Virus record (IMG/VR): IMGVR_UViG_3300033412_000021
Location: 1 to 52,890 of that record
Length of the DNA: 52,890 nt
DNA from: a virus
Taxonomy: Duplodnaviria > Caudoviricetes
Reading direction: 5' to 3' (one strand)
Positions 19,219 to 27,878 of this stretch are shown here, in pieces (position 1 is the first letter of the stretch; each line of letters starts with the position of its first letter). The notes under the pieces are model-generated. The model made no database searches, had not been told where the DNA came from, and saw only the letters and a list, made by a program, of their open reading frames with translations. The position numbers and the translations under genes were made by a program.

Positions 19219-19423
19219 GGGGCCTCTTCACCACCTTCGCTGGCTGTGGTTCCAGATCATAGGTACCTGGCTGCTCTGGCACTACCTCCTCGTCGGAGGC
19301 CAGTGACTTCAGCCAGCCTGCCTTCACGAGGATCTTCGTCCGGGCGTTGTCGCGGTCACGGAACACGACCTCGCCGCGCAGCTTCCCCTCATGTCCGATG
19401 AGAACCTGGAATGCGTCGCTCAC
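19106..19423 (-). CDS. Small hypothetical protein
   Basis: RBS GGAGG; FQVLIGHEGKLRGEVV. Confidence 0.5.
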   Translation of the reverse strand: MSDAFQVLIGHEGKLRGEVVFRDRDNARTKILVKAGWLKSLASDEEVVPEQPGTYDLEPQPAKVVKRPRGKQAKAGQGDGEVPQPPADVEVRDEDNGSHGVDGES

Positions 19424-19426
19424 TTG

Positions 19427-19939
19427 CTACCTCCCCGGGAACAAGTCCACCTGGATCGTCATGGACGAGCCGACACAGCCGCCCTCAACGGGGGTCGTCT
19501 GCCACTCGCCGAACATGACACTCTTCTGTTCCCGCTGCTTGATGAAACAACACACTGCCGCCAGCAACGTTAGCCGGTCGTTGAGCAGATCCACATGCAG
19601 GCAGTCCCAGTCGCCCTGGGTCGGAGGCGCCTCCATGTTTCCCATCGGAGCACAGCGCCACATCGACAGTTCGATCTCGGCACCCTTCGGCTGGGCGCAC
19701 GAGAAAGACGTCGCCGTAGCTGTAGGCACCCCAAACGACGGATAAGTCCGAATTACCCTGATAAAAGCTGCACCCTCGCAGCATTCGTCCTCGTTCAACC
19801 CCGCGAGGACCTGCCCCGTGGTACCCGTGCGGAAACCGACAATGTTCGGAGGCTTCGGATTCTCGGCCGCCGCCGTCCGCAGACACTCCAGAATCTGACG
19901 CGTCACCGGCAGCAGATGGCCATCGGGATAGCTCGTCAC
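19427..19939 (-). CDS. Tail terminator-like protein
   Basis: Position; DECCEG and EGGCVG Cys motifs. Confidence 0.6.
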   Translation of the reverse strand: MTSYPDGHLLPVTRQILECLRTAAAENPKPPNIVGFRTGTTGQVLAGLNEDECCEGAAFIRVIRTYPSFGVPTATATSFSCAQPKGAEIELSMWRCAPMGNMEAPPTQGDWDCLHVDLLNDRLTLLAAVCCFIKQREQKSVMFGEWQTTPVEGGCVGSSMTIQVDLFPGR

Positions 19940-20730
19940 GGGAAACTCGTCACAATCGGGCCGTCGATGTCAGGACTCAGCAGAACAGTCCGCCCCTTCT
20001 GGCCATACGGATTGACCAAGGCAATAATCTGGTCCACCGACTGGATACCGGTCAAACCCTTCTCCAGCAACACATCCACATCGACGTTCTGGAACGTCGT
20101 ACCCTGGCGCGTCAATGTCACCACCCGCGAAGGAATCAGGCACTTGTCTCCCCGACACATCTTCGCCCACTCGCAGGCGTACGTTCCGGCGGCGGCCAGC
20201 AGGTAGTCGGGGACGGGTGTGCCCCGGGTATAGGACACGATGAAGGTTCCCGCTCCAGAATCCTCATCAAAGTCCTGATGCGACGGCCAACAGTTGGCGG
20301 CCCCAGCAGCGTCTGTGCCAGTTCGGACCAGCCACCGATAATTGTCCACCCGGTAGGTGGCCGGATCGACGACCACACCGTCAAGGGTGACCGACGTGAC
20401 CGTAGCCACAGGACCTGGCAGATAGACCCGGCAGCTGGCGCCACAGGAGCAGACGCCGACACAAGCACAGTTGAACCACTGTCCGTCGATGACATACGGC
20501 GTCCAGATTCCCTGATTCCAGAACCAGCCGCCAATGCCGTCCTCGCAGGGCCAACGGCCGCACGGACGGACGGTGACGGGGCACGGGCCGAACTGGCGGC
20601 CGGTTGCCGCCCACAGGACAAACGTAGCCGCTGCGGAGGCTGCTGCCCGCTCATCGGGGGTAAGTGTGCCCCAGAACTCGGAACAGCAGTCTGTCTGTCC
20701 CGTAATGTCCCAGGAGCAAGGAGCGGCCAT
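19936..20730 (-). CDS. Head-to-tail adaptor
   Basis: LWAATGRQFGPCPVTVRPC; LTRQG...LTGIQSVDQIIALVNP. Confidence 0.75.
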   Translation of the reverse strand: MAAPCSWDITGQTDCCSEFWGTLTPDERAAASAAATFVLWAATGRQFGPCPVTVRPCGRWPCEDGIGGWFWNQGIWTPYVIDGQWFNCACVGVCSCGASCRVYLPGPVATVTSVTLDGVVVDPATYRVDNYRWLVRTGTDAAGAANCWPSHQDFDEDSGAGTFIVSYTRGTPVPDYLLAAAGTYACEWAKMCRGDKCLIPSRVVTLTRQGTTFQNVDVDVLLEKGLTGIQSVDQIIALVNPYGQKGRTVLLSPDIDGPIVTSFP

Positions 20731-20776
20731 GGGGAGAGTTTAGCCCCCCATGGCCCGAAATGTCTCTATGCGGTGG

Positions 20777-21349
20777 TTACAGCGAAGAGTTCGGCAGCGG
20801 AACCTTCACGATCGTCTGCCCCGAGTCCGTGGGACTCGACACGTCCGAAATGGTGATCGTCCACGTGCCCGGGTACGGGTACGTGTGGTTCGACGAACCC
20901 GACTCGGCCGCACCCGCAGTCGACGTCCCGTCGCCCCAGTCGATGTTCACAGTGCCCGCGCCACCGACGTTGGCGTACGTCAGCGTCGTAGCCACCGGGT
21001 TGCCGCCGACGTTGGTCACGAAGCTCGTCACCGTCGGCTGGTTCGTCGAAGCCGGGCACGTGTTCACGTTCTGCAACATGCTCAGGCCGTTACCGGCGTT
21101 GACGATCATGTTGCTGGACGCGACGAACGTACCCGACGTGCCATAGTCCGTCCCGGCCCGCTTCAGGACCAGAGCAGCAGGCAGCGCCGCCTCCGGGATC
21201 ACCAGACCCCAGCCAGCGCCGTTGCCGGAAGCCGAGTTCACCTGAACCTGGCCCCGGTTACCGGCCGACACCTGGCACAGCACCCGCTGTGCCACAGACT
21301 GAAGCTGCGCGTAGGTGTCGACAGTGAGCGTCAAAGAACCTCCGGCCAT
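20777..21349 (-). CDS. PKD/Ig-like domain virion protein
   Basis: IDWGDGT...HTYPYPGTWTITI. Confidence 0.7.
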   Translation of the reverse strand: MAGGSLTLTVDTYAQLQSVAQRVLCQVSAGNRGQVQVNSASGNGAGWGLVIPEAALPAALVLKRAGTDYGTSGTFVASSNMIVNAGNGLSMLQNVNTCPASTNQPTVTSFVTNVGGNPVATTLTYANVGGAGTVNIDWGDGTSTAGAAESGSSNHTYPYPGTWTITISDVSSPTDSGQTIVKVPLPNSSL

Positions 21350-21360
21350 CTGCGTTCTCC

Positions 21361-22314
21361 TTACGCGATCGGGGTGGAAGCTGCGACATAGGTAGGCGAA
21401 GATTCGCCCGTCGGACGGTAGGTCGGGGCGTAGTTGCCCGGCGCACCGTAGGTGTGCGTAGCGGTCGTGCCCGAGGTGACCGTGGTGGTCATCGCATCGC
21501 CCCAGGAGATAACGCCCGGCAGGATCGGCAGACCGTTGCGCAGCGGCAGAGTCACCGTGCCCATCAGTAGACCGGAGTCGGCGAACGTCAGAGACGGGGT
21601 GATGTCCAGGCAGTCACACGCGGCCACCGGCGGGGGCAGCGTTGTCAGCGTCATCCGCTTGAACGCAGTCGCCGGGATGGCAGAGAACTCCGGGACCGGC
21701 TGCCCCAGAGTCGCAGTCGCCTGCGACTTGTACACGTTGTAGGGACCGGTGCCCCAAGGGCTGTTACGGACAGCGATAGCGTTCACGACAAAGTTCGCCA
21801 GGTCGTTCTGCATGGTGAAGTCACCCAGCGTCCCCTCCTTCACGAAGGGGTAGACCACCTTGCCATAGAACACCGAGCCGTCGTCTGTGCAGCCGTCCAG
21901 GTCGTCACAGGTAGCAGCGATCCGGGTCCAACCCTCCAAGGCAAAGTTCGCCGTGGTAGCCGAGTTGTACACCTCGTCGATGCCGATCTTGTTCGGCGTC
22001 ACCGTGTCGTCGTCGTCGAGAACGATCGGGTTGCCAGTCAAGAAGTTGGCCAGCTGCGGGTTCGTGTCGTTGAACGTCAGGACCAGGTTGCGCCACTTCA
22101 GCTTCGGAGGCGTAGTCACCGTGGCGCAGAAGTTGCCGTCACCGTTCTCGAAGAACCACTCCTCGCGGTCCTTGTACTCGCCGGTGTCCTCCACGCTGAC
22201 GACACAGTCGTCAACGAAGTAGGAGCAGCTGGACGTGTCTGGAACCCCGCAGCTGTTCAGCTTGGTAACCCGAACATTCGTCAGCTTGTACTGGATGTAG
22301 CCTTCATTCGCCAT
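21361..22314 (-). CDS. Major tail protein with C-terminal PKD-like domain
   Basis: VRVTKLNSCG, NFALEGW and SPWGTGPYNV; ISWGD...HTYGAPGNY. Confidence 0.8.
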   Translation of the reverse strand: MANEGYIQYKLTNVRVTKLNSCGVPDTSSCSYFVDDCVVSVEDTGEYKDREEWFFENGDGNFCATVTTPPKLKWRNLVLTFNDTNPQLANFLTGNPIVLDDDDTVTPNKIGIDEVYNSATTANFALEGWTRIAATCDDLDGCTDDGSVFYGKVVYPFVKEGTLGDFTMQNDLANFVVNAIAVRNSPWGTGPYNVYKSQATATLGQPVPEFSAIPATAFKRMTLTTLPPPVAACDCLDITPSLTFADSGLLMGTVTLPLRNGLPILPGVISWGDAMTTTVTSGTTATHTYGAPGNYAPTYRPTGESSPTYVAASTPIA

Positions 22315-22600
22315 CGGTCACCTCCTTAGCTGCGGCAGCCTTCTTCGGGCGCCCGACCTTCTTCTTCGGCTTCTGCGGCTCGTCTTCGGGTTCCTCGTCC
22401 GGCTCCGGCTCGTCGCCAGTAGCCAGGTCCCGAACCATCTGCACCCAGACCTCGTCCGGAACGCGGAACGACAGCCCGTATAGGCCGCTAGAGGTCGTTT
22501 CCACCACACCCGGCGGCAGCCCCAGCGTTTCCGCCGCCGCCAGAAGCCGCTGAGCCATCTGAGTGGCTTCCTCGGCTGGCATATGAACTTCAGCCACCAT
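22304..22600 (-). CDS. Small head-region protein
   Basis: RBS GGAGG; acidic then basic tail. Confidence 0.55.
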   Translation of the reverse strand: MVAEVHMPAEEATQMAQRLLAAAETLGLPPGVVETTSSGLYGLSFRVPDEVWVQMVRDLATGDEPEPDEEPEDEPQKPKKKVGRPKKAAAAKEVTDGE

Positions 22601-22605
22601 GCCTC

Positions 22606-23466
22606 CTAGCAGCAGGCCTCAATGTTCGCCAGGACTGCGAACGAGACACATTCGAAAGTGACCACATACGCCCGCTCCGCGAACCGGTGGATCTGGTTTG
22701 TCGTCTTGTCGATCGACTCCGCCCACGGCGACACGAAGATGTCGCTGTCGTCCTGGCGCCACACGTTGACCGGGCCAGTCAGATAGATCCACCGGTGCGC
22801 AGCATCGGCGGGAGCCACATCGGTGGGTCCGTAACCCTGGTAGTTGCCGATCGAGATGGCAGTTCCCACAGCCGTACGCCACACACCCGACGAGTCTTTG
22901 TCCGCCAGGTGCCCATTGGCCAGCTGGCCGCTAGCCTTCAGCGGCAGGTGGATGACACCTGGCAACCCGAACGCTGCTCCGTACGCCCCCTCAAGGGCCT
23001 GGATGGCGTTGACGAGATTGTCGGTAGCCGGGGTGGGCACCGTGACCGTTCCGACCGCTGTGGACAGGCCGGGAGCCTGCCCCGACAGTCCGCGCGAGAA
23101 CACCGACTCCACCAGTCGCTGCTCGAACGCCTTCAGCTTGTTGATCACCAGGTCCCGGGTGTACTCATCCGGGCTGCGGTCATTGTCGGTGGTGATAGCG
23201 CCACACTCAGACCCCGCCAGGACGACAAACGGATCGCCGGTAACTGTGGTGTAGCCGCCCGTCAGGGCCGAGTTCTTCGACCCCGGCGGGCAGTTCACTA
23301 CATAGCTAGAAGGAATCGAACAGAACGGAGTCTGATACTCGACACCAGCGATGTCGCCGTGTTCGGGCATCGACTGCGGCCGGGCCACCGTGAACAACCC
23401 ATACGGCTGCGTCTCCACGCCCGGACCCGGGCGCGGAACGAAGCTGCGGGGCATCAAGGAGGCCAC
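22606..23466 (-). CDS. Minor capsid / capsid-associated protein
   Basis: PYGLFTVA, GDPFVVLAG..C and AERAYVVTFEC; second gene after the major capsid. Confidence 0.65.
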   Translation of the reverse strand: MASLMPRSFVPRPGPGVETQPYGLFTVARPQSMPEHGDIAGVEYQTPFCSIPSSYVVNCPPGSKNSALTGGYTTVTGDPFVVLAGSECGAITTDNDRSPDEYTRDLVINKLKAFEQRLVESVFSRGLSGQAPGLSTAVGTVTVPTPATDNLVNAIQALEGAYGAAFGLPGVIHLPLKASGQLANGHLADKDSSGVWRTAVGTAISIGNYQGYGPTDVAPADAAHRWIYLTGPVNVWRQDDSDIFVSPWAESIDKTTNQIHRFAERAYVVTFECVSFAVLANIEACC

Positions 23467-23469
23467 GGA

Positions 23470-24084
23470 TCACCCGATCCAGAGCGTGATGTCGCCAACG
23501 GCCGTGGTGACCACAGACGCCGTGATGCCGTTGCTGTAGGCGACCGGGACAGGGATCGTGAACAGCTGCGTGTTCGCAGCGGTCTGCGTCGGGATCGTGA
23601 TCGAGTACAGCAAGGTACCCGTTGACGTGGTCGCATTGTCGAAGAAGTTGATCGTCGAAGCGCCACCCGTGTTCGACGCGTTCACCGAGAACCCAACCAG
23701 CGACTTACCGCCAGTAGCCGTAGCCACCACGTTCGTAGCCGTCGCCCCGGCGATACTCAGCGCCTTGAACTCCTGCGGCCCGCCACGGCGGTACACCGAA
23801 CCAGCGCCACCAGCCGCCGAAGCGTTGATCGTGACACCGTTCACGGCCGAGATCCCGACCGGGAAGTTGTACGTGCCCGAGACACCAGTGCCCAGCGTTG
23901 CCGCGAACAGCACCGTGCCCGAGTTCGTAGTCGCATTGTCGAACACCCGGAACGTGGCACCAGCAGCGCCACCGTTCAGCGTGAAACCCGTAACCGTTGT
24001 CGGCACAGCCGACACGACCACGTTGCCGATACCGCCGGAATAGGTCACCGGCCGGGCGACAGTTCCGTCAAGCATGACGGCCAT
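23470..24084 (-). CDS. Putative capsid decoration protein with two tandem similar beta domains
   Basis: FDNATTNSGTVLF...PVGISAVNGVT and FDNATTSTGTLLY...PVAYSNGIT. Confidence 0.6.
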   Translation of the reverse strand: MAVMLDGTVARPVTYSGGIGNVVVSAVPTTVTGFTLNGGAAGATFRVFDNATTNSGTVLFAATLGTGVSGTYNFPVGISAVNGVTINASAAGGAGSVYRRGGPQEFKALSIAGATATNVVATATGGKSLVGFSVNASNTGGASTINFFDNATTSTGTLLYSITIPTQTAANTQLFTIPVPVAYSNGITASVVTTAVGDITLWIG

Positions 24085-24135
24085 ATGTCCTCCTAGGTTT
24101 GAAGGGGCCCAGTCGCCTGGGCCCCCGGTGACTTA

Positions 24136-25827
24136 TTAGGAGCAGTCCACCGCGCGCTGGTCGCCGGTCGAACCGCTCGGGCAGATGTTGACGGTGTACA
24201 CACGGCTCAGCGGGCACATGCGCATCATCTTCCAGCCGGTCTCCGTGAACAGCTGCGTGTTCTGGTTCGTGACCAGCTTCGTGCTGTCGTAGATCGCGTT
24301 CAGGGTGATGACGTCGTTGACCGCGCGGACCCACGTACCCGTCGGATAGATCAGGAACTTCACACCGGTCGGGAACTGCTGGATCGCCGTCGCCGAACCC
24401 GGAGCGTTGCCCGCAGCGCCGATGACATCGGTCGGAGCGAACGCGTCCTGCCAGTCGTAGACCCACTGAACGCGGGCGTTACGCGTCGAGAACCACGAGT
24501 TGATCTGGGCGTCGGTGACGTTCTGGCGGGCCAGCGCGTCGCCGCCGTTCTGACGGGACAGGTCCGCGCGGAACTGCGCCAGAACCCACCACGGGAACAC
24601 AACGTCCAGGGTTGCGTTGCGGCTCATCCGCAGCCGGTACTTCATGTCGACGATGGCCATCTCGACAGCTGCGAGCAGCTGCGAAGTGACCGTCAGGTCC
24701 GTGGTCCATGGGGCTGCCGCGAGGACGACCGCCGTCGAGCCGGACACGACGTCGGCGATCTGAAGCGAGTTGATCTGGTGTGCGGACACGACCATCGCCG
24801 CGCGCATCCAGTCCTTGACGAACTCCGGGTAGCCACGGTTCTGGAGGATGTTGCCGGTGATGCAGATACCCGTCACGCCGAGGCGGTCGTCGACGAAGCT
24901 CGGGCAGGGGATCTCGATACAGGTCTTCGCCGTACCCGAGATCACCTGGGCCTCGGACAGGTTGAAGAAGCCAGTTCCAGCGCCAAACACGCCCGTGAAG
25001 TCGATGCCCTGGTTGTGGCGGATGCCGCCACGACGGGCCTGGACCTCGGGAACGTCGAGCAGGCCGTCGATAACACCCTGGAAGCAGGTGTCGTACAGCG
25101 TTTCCGACGGGGCGCACCAGCCGGTCGCGGCGACCATCGAGTCGAGAACCAGCGGGTTCTTCGCCAGCTGCTGGCGACGCTGGTCGAGGCTGCGCAGCAG
25201 CGAGCCACCCGGTAGACGGGTTTCGTCGGTGACTCGGTCCAGCGTCGCCAGGTCGCGGTCGTCGCCGAAGACACTCAGGTCGCTCGGGTAGTCGCGGGTC
25301 AGCGTCGCCACGGTGTACGTGACCGGCTCAGAGTTGTGCAGGGTGCCCAGTGACGGGAACGTGCGCACCTTCGACAGGAACGCCTCGGTGAGTTCCTTCA
25401 GGTCCTTCAGCTCGGACCCCATCGGGAACTTGTCGAGGTTCGCGGCGGCGAACATCCGTCCGAACTGGCCCGGTTCGACGATTTCGCCTTCGATTGCCGG
25501 AGTGTGGGGGGCGACTTCGCCTACCGAAGGGGCAGCGAACTCTTCCTCAGCCTTGTCGGCTACGGGCTCATCGCCTTCGATGGCCAGGGGGGCATGCTCG
25601 GCCAGTTCCTTGGCGGCCAGTTCGCGGCTTTCCTTCTCCGCCTTCGCGTCCAGGGTGAACTGGCGCAGCGCGGACAGGTCAGCGCGGTTCTCGGCAGTGG
25701 CCAGGGTCGGGTCTTCCTGAAGCGAAGTCAGGAGGGTGTTGTATTCGGTGACGGCCTGCGTGCTCATCTGAGTCAACGCGGAGGCCGTGAAGATGCTGAG
25801 ATCCTCAGGGATCTGGAAGATCGGCAC
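24136..25827 (-). CDS. Major capsid protein with N-terminal scaffold-like domain
   Basis: GTG after RBS GGAG; MVAATGWCAPSETLYD, LLDVPEVQARRGGI, QWVYDWQ, QLFTETG. Confidence 0.88.
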   Translation of the reverse strand: MPIFQIPEDLSIFTASALTQMSTQAVTEYNTLLTSLQEDPTLATAENRADLSALRQFTLDAKAEKESRELAAKELAEHAPLAIEGDEPVADKAEEEFAAPSVGEVAPHTPAIEGEIVEPGQFGRMFAAANLDKFPMGSELKDLKELTEAFLSKVRTFPSLGTLHNSEPVTYTVATLTRDYPSDLSVFGDDRDLATLDRVTDETRLPGGSLLRSLDQRRQQLAKNPLVLDSMVAATGWCAPSETLYDTCFQGVIDGLLDVPEVQARRGGIRHNQGIDFTGVFGAGTGFFNLSEAQVISGTAKTCIEIPCPSFVDDRLGVTGICITGNILQNRGYPEFVKDWMRAAMVVSAHQINSLQIADVVSGSTAVVLAAAPWTTDLTVTSQLLAAVEMAIVDMKYRLRMSRNATLDVVFPWWVLAQFRADLSRQNGGDALARQNVTDAQINSWFSTRNARVQWVYDWQDAFAPTDVIGAAGNAPGSATAIQQFPTGVKFLIYPTGTWVRAVNDVITLNAIYDSTKLVTNQNTQLFTETGWKMMRMCPLSRVYTVNICPSGSTGDQRAVDCS

Positions 25828-25920
25828 GGTGGCTCCATCGGATGCGTGTCGGGGATCCGATAGGCCCACAGCCATCACCGGCGCGTCTGCGGTGCGGCCC
25901 ACAGCCAGCCACCTTTGATC

Positions 25921-25949
25921 AAGATAGCGGCAGTTGAACCAGTTGTCCA
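25921..25949 (-). promoter_or_regulatory. Promoter for the capsid operon
   Basis: TGGACA-N17-TATCTT on the - strand. Confidence 0.55.
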
Positions 25950-25994
25950 TATTGCCCTAGGACTATTCGGGCACTGGTGATGTATTCTCCCAGA

Positions 25995-26240
25995 ATGGAC
26001 GAAGATCTGGTTCAAGTAGCCTTGGCGAAGATCCGACGCAAGCAGCTGCTGAAGCCCGGAGAAGTGGCTGCCGTTCTGGACTGCGACCCGAAGACTGTGA
26101 CCCGGTGGGCGTCGTCTAAGCCGCCGAAGATCCGCAGCATCCGCACCCTCGGCGGACACCGGCGGTTCTTCGCCGCCGACATTGCCTTGATCCTTTCTGG
26201 CGGAAAGCCTCCCGTACGCAACGAAGGCCCCCAGGGGTAA
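25995..26240 (+). CDS. BldC-like MerR-type HTH regulator
   Basis: LLKPGEVAAVLDCDPKTVTRWA...SIRTLGGHRRF matches the BldC signature; leaderless TATTCT-N6-ATG. Confidence 0.85.
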   Translation: MDEDLVQVALAKIRRKQLLKPGEVAAVLDCDPKTVTRWASSKPPKIRSIRTLGGHRRFFAADIALILSGGKPPVRNEGPQG

Positions 26241-26287
26241 ACCCGGGAGCCTTCGTTGTGGCGGCATCTCTTCGCTGGGATCGTGGC

Positions 26288-26509
26288 TCACTCTACCTTG
26301 AGCCGGTAGGTAGCGATCTGATCCTGCGGCGCGTCCGGCGGGCGACTCTCTGGCCGGGTCACCCGCGTCCGAGCGGTCTCCAGGTCCGGCACTTCCTCAA
26401 CGAATCCGTTGAGGTACATGACCTCGTAGGGGCCATCCCCTACCGGCGTACGCGCCACCGTCTCCTCAGCCACAGCTACCCCTCCGCTCGTCGAGTTGCA
26501 TCCACACAA
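26288..26509 (-). CDS. Small hypothetical protein (MCGC start)
   Basis: RBS GGAGG; lies between the protease-like and capsid genes. Confidence 0.55.
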   Translation of the reverse strand: MCGCNSTSGGVAVAEETVARTPVGDGPYEVMYLNGFVEEVPDLETARTRVTRPESRPPDAPQDQIATYRLKVE

Positions 26510-26510
26510 G

Positions 26511-27701
26511 TTACACCTCCAGCAGTGTGAACTCGGCCAGCAGAGCCTTGCGGGCTTTGGCCTCGTCCTCGGTCAGCAGAAGTTCGTATCCGGCAAGCTT
26601 GTTACCCGGGCAGCCGCAATCCTCGTCTGCTTTCGACGCCATCTTCGCGTTGTCCTTCGGGTCTTCTTCCTCATCAGCGGGATCCTGCTCATCCGCCGCA
26701 TCCTCGGTGTCGTCGTCTTCCTCGGCAAAAACGCCGAATGATGCGATCAGGCACACCTGCCGGTCCTCGTCGTCTACGCGGATGATCCGGTCACCAGCTT
26801 CCAGGTCAGCCCACACCGACTCTTCGTCGTCGCCGATAGCCGCGAGAACAGGGAAGCCGGGGGTGTTCGTCGCGAGAACAGCAACAAGTTCAAGGTTGCC
26901 GTTCAGGTTCCGCCAGTCGCCAGACGGCGGGGACTGGCGCATCTTCTGGAACGCCGCCTCCGACGCGTTGGGCCGCATACCACCCGCGAACCAGATACCG
27001 CCGTTGTCGAGGTCGCCGACCCGGACATCAGCTACCGCCTGGCCGGTGTCTTCGTAGTGGGCAACCGCCCGACGGGCACCATAAGACTCGTCAGCGTGGG
27101 TCGTGTCCCAGACGATGACACCCGTGTGAAGCAGGTCCCCTTCAGCGGTCTTCGTGGTGCCAGTGTGGAAGTTGGAGTAGCCGTTGCGGGAACGGGGCGG
27201 CATCTGGCAGTAGCCAGCCGCCGACAGGGCACCCCGGTGGCAGGTGTCTGGGGCTACCCAGCCGTACACCTGGCCGTCGTCGGTGACGACAACCTTCTGC
27301 TTGCCGGTGATCTGGGGCCGGTTGAACCACGCCTTTGGCGGGTGGACCGGCGCGGACGCAACCAGGCTCATCTGTTCACCCTCGCTGTAGCTTTCGGACA
27401 ATCTGTCCAGGATCGTAGCAATCTTCGCCTTATCGGCGGAAGGGATGTCGCCTCGGTCCAGGTATGCCTTCGCCGCCCGGACAGCAGACAGGAACACGGT
27501 GAGCTTGCCATCAACCGGCATCGCGATCGGGAACTTGTACGACGTTTTCAGGGCCGGGTCTGCGCCGACCCACAGGAAACCCCGGGCGTATTTGGCCATG
27601 TTGTCCCCGGCCCAGGCGTCCAGCGCGGCTCGGGCGCGCCCTTCGTCCCAGCTGCTGCGTGACGTTGGCAGTCCCGACCAACCTGATGTCCGGACACCCA
27701 T
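26511..27701 (-). CDS. Capsid maturation protease-like protein (second module)
   Basis: VTDDGQVYGW..CH, AVADVRVG...GIWFAG, SGDWR...LELVAVLATNTPGFP. Confidence 0.7.
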   Translation of the reverse strand: MGVRTSGWSGLPTSRSSWDEGRARAALDAWAGDNMAKYARGFLWVGADPALKTSYKFPIAMPVDGKLTVFLSAVRAAKAYLDRGDIPSADKAKIATILDRLSESYSEGEQMSLVASAPVHPPKAWFNRPQITGKQKVVVTDDGQVYGWVAPDTCHRGALSAAGYCQMPPRSRNGYSNFHTGTTKTAEGDLLHTGVIVWDTTHADESYGARRAVAHYEDTGQAVADVRVGDLDNGGIWFAGGMRPNASEAAFQKMRQSPPSGDWRNLNGNLELVAVLATNTPGFPVLAAIGDDEESVWADLEAGDRIIRVDDEDRQVCLIASFGVFAEEDDDTEDAADEQDPADEEEDPKDNAKMASKADEDCGCPGNKLAGYELLLTEDEAKARKALLAEFTLLEV

Positions 27702-27725
27702 GGCTACACCTCGCATAATGGGGTC

Positions 27726-27878
27726 ATGGCTGATACACGAAAAATCGTAAGCGAGACCTTCGTGGACGAAAAGGGCAACGTGGTCAAAGATGCGAAAGAC
27801 GCCGCCCGGATCGAGGTGGTGGAAAAGCTGCCCAATGGGGAAACCCAGTCGACGGTGCTCATCAGAAAGGGTTCCTAG
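27726..27878 (+). CDS. Small antisense-strand protein (50 aa, not in ORF track); candidate inhibitor of the adjacent zincin domain
   Basis: MADTRKIVSETFVDEKGNVVKDAKDAARIEVVEKLPNGETQSTVLIRKGS; CGGACA-N17-CATAAT-N6-ATG. Confidence 0.6.
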   Translation: MADTRKIVSETFVDEKGNVVKDAKDAARIEVVEKLPNGETQSTVLIRKGS

